Shown in pieces: positions 1-6,860 of a stretch of DNA of 10,047 nucleotides. Below the pieces are notes generated by a model. That model was not told where the DNA came from. It did not search any database and saw only the letters and a list, made by a program, of their open reading frames with translations. The stretch is from Acidobacteriota bacterium (GTDB taxonomy: Bacteria; Acidobacteriota; UBA6911; JACQSX01), in contig DASXQR010000034.1 of assembly GCA_036507075.1 (NCBI GenBank), forward strand, positions 1 to 10,047, read 5' to 3'. Positions within the stretch are counted from its first letter, which is position 1, and the number at the start of each line of letters is the position of its first letter. A program made the translations under genes and the position numbers.

Positions 1-39
1 AACCAAAAAGGAGACTCAGAGCATTGAATTGCCGGTCTG

Positions 40-275
40 GACGCTGAAAGCGTCAAATAGAGTAGCCGGGGGCAAGCGCGTTTTTTGCGCGCCGCCCCCG
101 GTGAGCTTCCCCAAACCGGCGCACCCTGAAAGGGTGCCAGAACCGTTTTCAAGATCGCCGTCACCCCGCCGCTCTTCGACCCTTTCAGGGTCGCTCCTGA
201 TTGGGGGACGCGGCCGGGGGCGGCGCGCAAAAGACGCGCTTGCCCCCGGCTACTCTCCTTGACCGCTTCGCGGTC
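40..275. repeat. Inverted REP-like doublet (REPIN/BIME-like); each half has three hairpins
   Basis: 59-101 (AGAGTAGCCGGGGGCAAGCGCGTTTTTTGCGCGCCGCCCCCGG) is the reverse complement of 214-256 at 42/43 nt. Each arm is itself a hairpin (CCGGGGGC...GCCCCCGG) preceded by GTAG. Inner hairpins GCACCCTGAAAGGGTGC (121-137) and CGACCCTTTCAGGGTCG (177-193) mirror each other. Outer hairpins are GACGCTGAAAGCGTC (40-54) and GACCGCTTCGCGGTC (261-275). Confidence 0.85.
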
Positions 276-277
276 TG

Positions 278-299
278 GAGACGGCCCTCAGGCCGTCTC
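278..299. other. Perfect 9-bp GC-rich hairpin of unknown role
   Basis: GAGACGGCC-CTCA-GGCCGTCTC. There is no U-tract on either side, so it is not called a terminator. Confidence 0.5.
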
Positions 300-332
300 T
301 CCGCTTCCTAACGTGCAATGAAAAATGTGGTT

Positions 333-360
333 AAAAAAAAACCAGAACTGACGGTTCGGT
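333..360 (-). terminator. Candidate intrinsic terminator for the minus-strand operon
   Basis: The minus strand reads ACCGAAC-CGTCA-GTTC(T)GGT running into a T9 tract (A9 at 333-341 on +), about 200 nt downstream of the ugd stop. The stem is bulged and only moderately stable. Confidence 0.4.
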
Positions 361-452
361 AGTACGTCAATGACCACCAAGTACGTTTGCTGTTTGTCGC
401 CTCGTGCATACTTAACCAGCCGGGATGCAGATTTTGCGGCTGTTTGTGAGCG

Positions 453-543
453 AAGACGTGATCGTCGACGTCTTTGGTTGACGTGCACGTGCACGTGACC
501 GTTTTCGGCTTTTTGTTTGGTTGCGGCCTGCGGCCGGGCTGTG
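453..543. repeat. Degenerate NNCGTN hexamer repeat with palindromes, followed by a TTGGTTGCGGCC-hairpin motif
   Basis: Hexamers GACGTG ATCGTC GACGTC (455-472) and GACGTG CACGTG CACGTG ACCGTT (480-503). Perfect palindrome CACGTGCACGTG (486-497). Hairpin AAGACGT/ACGTCTT (453-474). Hairpin CGGCC-TGC-GGCCG (524-536). Confidence 0.6.
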
Positions 544-558
544 GTGAATTTTTACACC

Positions 559-1965
559 TCAGGCCCGGCCTACCGCGTAGTAAGTGAAGCCCATCTCGCT
601 CATTTCCTGCGGATCGTACTGGTTACGCCCGTCGAAAATCACAGGCTGGCGCAGCAACTTTTTCATGCGCGGAAAATCGGGATTGCGAAACACGTTCCAC
701 TCGGTAACCAGGATAAGAGCGTCGGCGCCGCGCAGCGCTTCGTAATTCTGCTCAAAGTATCGAATCCGTTTTCCAAAAATTTCGCGCGCCGTTTCCAGCG
801 CTTCCGGATCGTACGCCTGAATTTTCGCGCCGTGGGCGAGCAAGCCCTCAATAATGGATATGCTTGGGGCTTCCCGCATATCATCCGTTTGCGGTTTGAA
901 ACTAAGGCCCCACACGGCAATGGTTACGCCTTTCAGGCGCCTGCCGCTCTTCCCTGTCCCGGCCACATGTCTCGCGCTTCGACGGCGCGCGGCAGCGGCT
1001 CGTTTTCCAACCTGCACCAGGCCCTCGTCTGCGATCGCCGCTTTTCGTGAAAAATGTTTCCCCACCCAATCGACTATGATCGTCTTTTGTGTTTCGTTCA
1101 CGCGGTGCGCGGCCGAAACCATTTCCATGGGGAGACCATGCTCGCGGCCCATCTCTATCAACGCCTTCACGTCCTTGGGGAAGCAGCTTCCCCCGTAGCC
1201 TACCCCCGGAAAAAGGAAGGAAGAACCGATGCGCTGGTCGGTTCCGATTCCACGTCGCACCAGATTCACATCCGCCCCCAGCTGATGGCAGAGATTTGCG
1301 ATCTCATTCATGAAAGAGATGCGCGCTGCCAGCATCGCATTGGCCGCGTACTTGGTCAGCTCGGCGCTGCGATTGTCCATCAGAAGAAGAGGAGCGCCGG
1401 TACGCATGAAGGGAGCGTAAAGCTCCCGCATTACCTGGGCCGGTCCAGGATCGTCGGCGCCGATCACCACTCGGTTGGGCTTCATAAAATCGTCCAGCGC
1501 TGCTCCTTCCTTCAGGAACTCCGGATTATTCACCACATGGAAAGGATGCCCCGCTTTCATGGAAATCAGTTCGCGGACGTGATCGGCCGTCCCTACCGGC
1601 ACAGTGCTCTTTAGAACAATAATCTTGTAGCCATTCATCGCCGTCGCGATCGACTCGGCCGCGGCCAACACGTGTTTGAGATCGCTCGAACCGTCTTCTC
1701 TTGCCGGCGTCCCGACCGCAATGAAGATGATTTCTGATTTCTTCACACCCTCATCAACACGGGTTGAGAATGTAAGGCGCCCCTCGGATTTGTTGCGTTT
1801 GATCAGTTCCTCCAGGCCGGGCTCGTAAATCGGCAGCACTCCGCGCCGCAGCTTTTCAATCTTGCTTCGGTCAATGTCTATACAGTAAACATCGTTGCCG
1901 GTTTCGGCAAAGCCGGCGCCCGCGACCAGTCCCACATATCCTGTCCCAATGATGCAGATCTTCAA
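559..1965 (-). CDS. ugd: UDP-glucose 6-dehydrogenase (UDP-glucose/GDP-mannose dehydrogenase family), 468 aa
   Basis: Rossmann motif IGTGYVGL, then PIYEPGLEE, KSTVPVGT, NPEFLKEG, KYAANA, catalytic GYGGSCFPKD (Cys261), WGLSFKPQTDDMRE and FDGRN. The TTG start overlaps the upstream TGA (TTGA, 1962-1965) and is preceded by a G-rich SD-like run. Confidence 0.95.
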   Translation of the reverse strand: MKICIIGTGYVGLVAGAGFAETGNDVYCIDIDRSKIEKLRRGVLPIYEPGLEELIKRNKSEGRLTFSTRVDEGVKKSEIIFIAVGTPAREDGSSDLKHVLAAAESIATAMNGYKIIVLKSTVPVGTADHVRELISMKAGHPFHVVNNPEFLKEGAALDDFMKPNRVVIGADDPGPAQVMRELYAPFMRTGAPLLLMDNRSAELTKYAANAMLAARISFMNEIANLCHQLGADVNLVRRGIGTDQRIGSSFLFPGVGYGGSCFPKDVKALIEMGREHGLPMEMVSAAHRVNETQKTIIVDWVGKHFSRKAAIADEGLVQVGKRAAAARRRSARHVAGTGKSGRRLKGVTIAVWGLSFKPQTDDMREAPSISIIEGLLAHGAKIQAYDPEALETAREIFGKRIRYFEQNYEALRGADALILVTEWNVFRNPDFPRMKKLLRQPVIFDGRNQYDPQEMSEMGFTYYAVGRA

Positions 1966-2897
1966 GCCCCACCCCCTTGTTTTACCGCGCGCACGAACAA
2001 TGTGCCGCCCGCGCCGAATAACGACTCGACGGCGGAGAGCGGCTGCAGCGCGGCCACCATGGCCGCGTAAAAAAGATTGGCGGCGCGCGACGTCTTCCCC
2101 TTCATCCTACGTTCCATCGGATCTGCCGAGAGAAACATACTGGAAACCCAGCAGGGGCTGTTGTCCCGGAACGAAAAGCGCTTCCGGTGCGTAATCCGAA
2201 AACCTGCCAACTCCATTACTGCATCGAGGCCCTTGGCCGTGTAGTTGACCACGTGCCTGGGAACATCCAATCCATACCAGCGAGCTCCAAACAACGCAAA
2301 CTGCCAACTGTCCAGGCTCGGCACCTGGACGAATAGCTGGCCTTGCGGTTCCAGCACCGAGCTGATTTGTTTCAGCGCCGCAACCGGGTCTATCAAATGC
2401 TCCAGAACATGAAACATGGTAGCGGCCTGGGGGGACCATTCCCGCAATGAGTCGAGATGCTGCGGCAGAGATCCCACTTTTACCGTCAATCCGTATCGTC
2501 GCTTCGCCTCGGCTGCCGCTTCGCCGGAGAAATCAAGACCCATTACCTGGTGACCGCGCTGCTTGACCAGATACAGGAACGTGCCGCTGCCGCAACCCAC
2601 GTCCAGCACCCGGCTGGATGGCTGCAGGAATCGGACCACGAAACGTACATGATCGCTCAACACCAGACGCCTGTAGCGCCATTCCAGCCGGCTTAACCAC
2701 GATGCATCGCTCTCCTGATACCAGTAATCGCTGGGATAAAAACTCTCCAGTTCGGCTTCTGAAGGCATGGGCTCCATCAGCAGGCTCAGGCATCTCAGGC
2801 ACTGGCTGAGCGGAAAACTGCCAAGGTGCGTACGGCGATCGTCCAGCGTTTTCCAGGGTCTCAACTCACCGCCGCAGGCAATACAACAGGCATTCAT
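1962..2897 (-). CDS. Class I SAM-dependent methyltransferase (Methyltransf_23-like) with N-terminal CxxC...CxxC putative Zn-binding segment, 311 aa
   Basis: SAM motif I VLDVGCGSG, MGLDFS, and MFHVLEHL..P. N-terminal CIAC...CLRC. ATGA overlap with the upstream GT2 at 2894-2897. Confidence 0.9.
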   Translation of the reverse strand: MNACCIACGGELRPWKTLDDRRTHLGSFPLSQCLRCLSLLMEPMPSEAELESFYPSDYWYQESDASWLSRLEWRYRRLVLSDHVRFVVRFLQPSSRVLDVGCGSGTFLYLVKQRGHQVMGLDFSGEAAAEAKRRYGLTVKVGSLPQHLDSLREWSPQAATMFHVLEHLIDPVAALKQISSVLEPQGQLFVQVPSLDSWQFALFGARWYGLDVPRHVVNYTAKGLDAVMELAGFRITHRKRFSFRDNSPCWVSSMFLSADPMERRMKGKTSRAANLFYAAMVAALQPLSAVESLFGAGGTLFVRAVKQGGGA

Positions 2898-3592
2898 CGC
2901 AGGAATCTTTTCTTAAACAGGAATGTCAAGTTTCGCAATCCATCTTTCCACGGTTCCAGCTTCATTTCACCGGCGCGGTTTGAGTATGTGACGGAAATCT
3001 CTTCGAATCCGATCTGGCTGTTGAGTATCGCTTCGATTTTGATTTCTTCCGAGAACGACATCGCGTTGCTTTCCAATTTCATGTCCTGCAGTGCGTCCTT
3101 ATAGAAGATCCACATGCCGGACTGGCTGTCGCGCACACGCCTGAAAAACAGCAGCGACATGACCGCCGAAAGAATGTGATTGCCGATTCGATGTTTGATC
3201 GACATCGCGGCCCGGTGTCGTATGGGGAACCGCGACGCCGAAAGGAAGCGCGCCTTCGATCTCAGAAGATTTTCAAGCAGGTATGAAATGGAATCCACCG
3301 GGTAGGAGTGGTCTCCATCCAGCGTGATCACGATGTCGCCCTGCGCGTGCATCAATCCTGTCTTGTAGGCGCGACCGTATCCCAGCACCTTTTCGGGAAT
3401 CACTTTGGCGCCCATACGCGCAGCGATCTCCCCGGTTTTATCGGTGGAATTGTTGTCAACCACAATCGTCTCGTCGACAAAGGCTGGGAGCTGAGTAAGG
3501 ACCTTCTGAATTCCTTCCTCTTCGTTGAGACAGGGAATGACGACGGTAATTTTTTTGCCTTTATACATCCACAATCCACTAGCCCGGATCAT
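2894..3592 (-). CDS. Soluble GT2 glycosyltransferase, DPM1/polyprenol-phosphate-sugar synthase-like. True start may be the ATG at 3568 (MYKGKK).
   Basis: ITVVIPCLNEE, VVDNNSTD, GYGRAYKTG, DxD motif TLDGDHSYP, ASRF, DSQSG and R.GEMKL..WKDG. No clear C-terminal transmembrane helix. Confidence 0.9.
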   Translation of the reverse strand: MIRASGLWMYKGKKITVVIPCLNEEEGIQKVLTQLPAFVDETIVVDNNSTDKTGEIAARMGAKVIPEKVLGYGRAYKTGLMHAQGDIVITLDGDHSYPVDSISYLLENLLRSKARFLSASRFPIRHRAAMSIKHRIGNHILSAVMSLLFFRRVRDSQSGMWIFYKDALQDMKLESNAMSFSEEIKIEAILNSQIGFEEISVTYSNRAGEMKLEPWKDGLRNLTFLFKKRFLR

Positions 3593-3609
3593 TCAAAACA
3601 TGATCCGCG

Positions 3610-5670
3610 CTAATTGAGCGAATTGAGCAACTGCCGGATCTCATTCGCCTTTGAGCCGGTGGGATCCAATTCCAGGCCACGACTCAACTGGTCCCGCGCA
3701 TCCGCGGTTTTGCCAAGCCTCAGATACACCAGGCCCAGTCGCAGCCGCAAGTCAGAAACTCCGGGGAACCGGTTAACGGCAAACTCGAGCAGCATCCTGG
3801 CTGCGGCGTAATCGTTCCGTTTTACGTGAATGTCCGCGAGCACCTGGTAAGGGCCCAGATTGTCCGCATTCTTGAAAATGGAATCTTGCAGGTGCAGTAT
3901 GGCCGAAGAAAGATCCCCCTCCTCGCTGTCCAGCACCCCGAGCGCAAAATCGGCATTGGCAAAATCGGGAGCCAGCTTTTTGGAAGTTTCAAACTCATTT
4001 CTGGCTTCCATGCGGAAGCCAAGCTCCTTGTAGGCAATGCCCAGGTTGTAGTGCAGCATGCCGTCAGCCTCCCTCAGAGTCACCGCCCGCCTTGAATGCC
4101 ACAGCGCGTTCTTCCATAGCGGGTCGTTCGGGTCCTTCAGGTTTCTGCTCTGGGCCAGCCGCTTATAGGCGGTGCCCAAAACGGAATGTGTGTAGGCATT
4201 ATCGGGATCAATGCCGCTGGCATGCGCCAGAGCGTCGACTGCCGCTTCATAATCGCCCCTGTCCAGGTACAGCGTTCCCAGATTGCTCCAGTGCGTCGCC
4301 TCATAGGGATCCAGTTCGGTTGCCCGGACCAGATGGGGCAGAGCTCCCTCGAGATCACCTGAAGCCTGCAGGCTGGTTCCAAAATTTGTCTGCGCGCGGG
4401 CGGAATCGGAAGCGTAGCGTACGGTCGCCCGCCAAAGGGAAAGCTGGCTTTCCCAGTCCCGGTTGCGAACTATCGTGAGCGCCGAAAAAATCACACACAC
4501 GGCCGCCAGTATCACCCGGAGCGGGAGCCTGGAAAATTTCCAGTCCGCAACCTCCACAATCGTGATCACAAACCCGATCAGCGGCAGGTACAAAAAATGA
4601 TCCGCCGCGATTTCGTGGAACGGCAACAGCTGCAATACCGGCAGCAGAGTGATGAAGAACCAGAGTAAGCCAAAACCGGCGCGCGGTCGGACCAGCAGCA
4701 AGTGGTAAAGCCAGTAAAAGTAGGCCAGCGTGAAAATGATCGCAACCCACACGGTCCAGTCGATCAGGCCTTTGGCTATGGGAAAGACCCCATTGTAATC
4801 GGCCACCAGTGGAAACGGCACCAGCGCCATCTGGATGTAGTGGCTGAAAAGCTTCAAAGCCGTAAGGTAATTGTTCAGGACTGAGCCGCCCCAAAAGTCG
4901 GGTTTGCGCGAGGCATGCGTTACATACTGCGCGTAATAGAGAAAGCCCAGGGCCATGGCCAGCAGGGATCCAAACAGCCAGCGATGGACCGCAAGAGTGC
5001 GGCGCAGGCGCGCCCATAAGTCCCGTCCGCGCAGCGAGCCCGGCTCCGGATGCTCACGGAAAAAATCCCAGATTAGAAGCAGCAGCGGAAAAATCACAGC
5101 CACTTCCTTGCTGAACAGTGCCAGCGTAAAGAGGAACATCGCGAAAACGAAATAAGAGATCTTTTTCCGTTCCCGGTAATGAGCGAAACCGAGCATTCCC
5201 CCCAACAGAAAGCCCGTCGCCAGCAGGTCTTTTCGCCCTGAAATGTAGGCTACCGCGGCTGTCTGAATCGGATGGCACAGGAACAGCAGTGTCCCGGCGA
5301 ATGATTTCCCGTCGCTGCCGAAAATCCGACGCAGCAGCAGGAAGACAAGGACGCCGTTGACCGCATGGATCAACACATTGGTGACGTGATAGTAGAACGG
5401 GTCCAGCCCGAAAAAATAATAATTGAGGGCATACGACAGCGTTCTGACAGGGCGATAACCCTGTCTTCCGAACATGGAAGGCAGATCTCTCCACGAACGG
5501 ATCATCTGATTATCCTGAATGAGGGTCAGATCATCGAACACAAACTTGCCGGAAAGGGAATTGATATAGAGCAGCGCCGCCAGACCGGCGAGCAGAGGCG
5601 CCCAGCGATACCATATCCAATCGGCCGATGAATGCTCCGCGCGCTTGGTGCTGGCCTTTTTCAAAATCAC
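3610..5670 (-). CDS. TMTC-like GT-C membrane glycosyltransferase (putative protein O-glycosyltransferase) with C-terminal TPR repeats, 686 aa
   Basis: First hydrophobic helix followed by FVFDD (D46-D47), then YRPV, YHVTNVLIH, LFLCHPIQTAAVAYISGR.DLL, ALFSKE, ADHFLYLP and RNRDWES..SLW. This motif order matches TMTC-family proteins. Many hydrophobic segments, and TPR-like repeats at about 3613-4404 (NFG...A...DP, NLG...A...DP, NLG...AP, LG...DP). The GTG start overlaps the GT4 TGA (5667-5670); TTG at 5664 is an alternative start. Confidence 0.85.
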   Translation of the reverse strand: MILKKASTKRAEHSSADWIWYRWAPLLAGLAALLYINSLSGKFVFDDLTLIQDNQMIRSWRDLPSMFGRQGYRPVRTLSYALNYYFFGLDPFYYHVTNVLIHAVNGVLVFLLLRRIFGSDGKSFAGTLLFLCHPIQTAAVAYISGRKDLLATGFLLGGMLGFAHYRERKKISYFVFAMFLFTLALFSKEVAVIFPLLLLIWDFFREHPEPGSLRGRDLWARLRRTLAVHRWLFGSLLAMALGFLYYAQYVTHASRKPDFWGGSVLNNYLTALKLFSHYIQMALVPFPLVADYNGVFPIAKGLIDWTVWVAIIFTLAYFYWLYHLLLVRPRAGFGLLWFFITLLPVLQLLPFHEIAADHFLYLPLIGFVITIVEVADWKFSRLPLRVILAAVCVIFSALTIVRNRDWESQLSLWRATVRYASDSARAQTNFGTSLQASGDLEGALPHLVRATELDPYEATHWSNLGTLYLDRGDYEAAVDALAHASGIDPDNAYTHSVLGTAYKRLAQSRNLKDPNDPLWKNALWHSRRAVTLREADGMLHYNLGIAYKELGFRMEARNEFETSKKLAPDFANADFALGVLDSEEGDLSSAILHLQDSIFKNADNLGPYQVLADIHVKRNDYAAARMLLEFAVNRFPGVSDLRLRLGLVYLRLGKTADARDQLSRGLELDPTGSKANEIRQLLNSLN

Positions 5671-6860
5671 TCCCTATTCCGCTTTCCGCTTTCCGCTTTC
5701 CGCCTTCCGCCTTCCGCCTTCCCCGTTCCAATCCCGGCGGCCGCCAGTCTTTCTATTCCATTAATGATGCCGTCCCAGGAAAACTGGCGTTTGAATTCTT
5801 CGATGTTCCGGCGAAATTCCGGTTCGCATCCGGAGCGAAAGTAGTCCACGATCGCCCGGGCCAGCGCCGCCGGGTCATCGGGCTTTACCAGGAAACCGGT
5901 CCGGTCCTGCATTACCGCTTCGTGCAGGCCTCCAACCGAGGTCGTTATGACAGGCAGGTTGAAACCATAAGCGGCGGGCACAACACCGCTCTGCGTGGCT
6001 GCGTGGTAGGGCGCCACCAGCAGATCGGCCGCCGAAAAATAGAGAGACACTTTCTCATTGGGAATGTACCGGTTGTGAATCGTCACATGCGGTTCCAGTT
6101 CCAGGCTCCGAATCAATGACTGAAACTTTTCAACCGGTTCATAAAACTCGCCGGCGATCAACAGCCGCAGCGCCACCTGGCGCAGCACCAGGGGAAGGCT
6201 CTGCAGCAGCGTGTCCAAGCCCTTATATTTTCTGACATGGCCGAAGAACAGCGCGATCTTGCCGGCTGCGGGAAGCTGCAACTGCGCGCGCGCGGCCTGT
6301 GGATCCAACCTGCTTTGGCCAAACAGCAGATACACGGGATGGCGCGCCCTCACCACCACGGCGCCGGGGCAAAGGTCTTCCAGCGTTTTCTGATCCTGCT
6401 CGGAATGCACCAGGAAACGTGACACGCTTCGCAGAAAGCGATCACGCAAGAAGCCGGAAAACAGATGCGGCTCATGCGGCCTCACGTTGTGACAAAGGGC
6501 CACTACCGGAATATTTCTGGAACGCAGATTTTTTGCCAGGGAAGCGTAGGCAGGGGCGAAGAACGGATGCCAGTACTGAAACACGACCGCGTCCGGCTCG
6601 AATTCCGCGATCCGGCGCGCCGCGCGGCGCCAGGAAAGCGGATTGAGGCTGTCCAGCAAACGTTGATTTTCGATCGAAAACACTTCACCGCTTTGATCAA
6701 ACTGAGACCTTCCCGGAAACAGTGCTGCGGGATAAAGGCGAGAGAACGAAACCACCAGCGAGCTGTGGCCCCGCTGCAGCAGTTCCCGGTGCAGCGAGGT
6801 CGTGTAGTGGGCGATCCCCCCGCGATAAGGATGCGCCACTCCGATCTGCGCAACTCTCAT
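5667..6860 (-). CDS. GT4 (GT-B fold) glycosyltransferase, about 397 aa from the ATG at 6860
   Basis: MRVAQIGVAHPYRGGIAHY, HNVRPHE, LFFGHVRKYKGLD, ADLLVAPY..ATQSGV, PVITTSVGGL.E and TGFLV.PDD..ALA. Start moved from 7049 to 6860, which gives an ATGA overlap with the upstream GT2 stop and removes a 193-nt overlap. Confidence 0.9.
   Translation of the reverse strand: MRVAQIGVAHPYRGGIAHYTTSLHRELLQRGHSSLVVSFSRLYPAALFPGRSQFDQSGEVFSIENQRLLDSLNPLSWRRAARRIAEFEPDAVVFQYWHPFFAPAYASLAKNLRSRNIPVVALCHNVRPHEPHLFSGFLRDRFLRSVSRFLVHSEQDQKTLEDLCPGAVVVRARHPVYLLFGQSRLDPQAARAQLQLPAAGKIALFFGHVRKYKGLDTLLQSLPLVLRQVALRLLIAGEFYEPVEKFQSLIRSLELEPHVTIHNRYIPNEKVSLYFSAADLLVAPYHAATQSGVVPAAYGFNLPVITTSVGGLHEAVMQDRTGFLVKPDDPAALARAIVDYFRSGCEPEFRRNIEEFKRQFSWDGIINGIERLAAAGIGTGKAEGGRRKAESGKRNRE
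5677..5718. repeat. Heptamer tandem repeat (TTCCGCT)3(TTCCGCC)3 inside the GT4 3' end
   Basis: Six contiguous TTCCGCY units (42 nt) plus degenerate TTCCCCG and TTCCAAT (5719-5732). It encodes the low-complexity tail GKAEGGRRKAESGKRN. Confidence 0.9.

Noticed and set aside
1..27. 3' end of a convergent + strand gene (...NQKGDSEH*)
   Set aside because: Only eight codons are visible, which cannot be distinguished from non-coding sequence.
29..262. 77-aa + strand ORF
   Set aside because: It lies almost entirely within the inverted-repeat element, has a TTG start and a Pro/Arg-rich low-information translation; best explained as a by-product of GC-rich repeats.
40..275. CRISPR array or tRNA
   Set aside because: The repeats are inverted rather than direct with unique spacers, there are no cas genes, and no cloverleaf with TTC loop and acceptor stem is evident.
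333..430. Riboswitch or attenuator (alternative pairing TGACG 349-353 with CGTCA 365-369 overlaps the terminator-like stem)
   Set aside because: Only 5 bp of alternative pairing, no aptamer consensus that I recognise, and no downstream minus-strand gene visible in the window.
288..494. 68-aa minus-strand ORF downstream of ugd
   Set aside because: It starts inside the CACGTG hexamer tract and crosses the T9 run and candidate terminator. No recognisable motif or SD.
5664..5732. Repeat-mediated in-frame fusion of GT4 to the TMTC-like protein
   Set aside because: The TMTC frame has a TAG at 5676-5674 between the repeat and the GTG start, so no change in unit number can produce a fusion.
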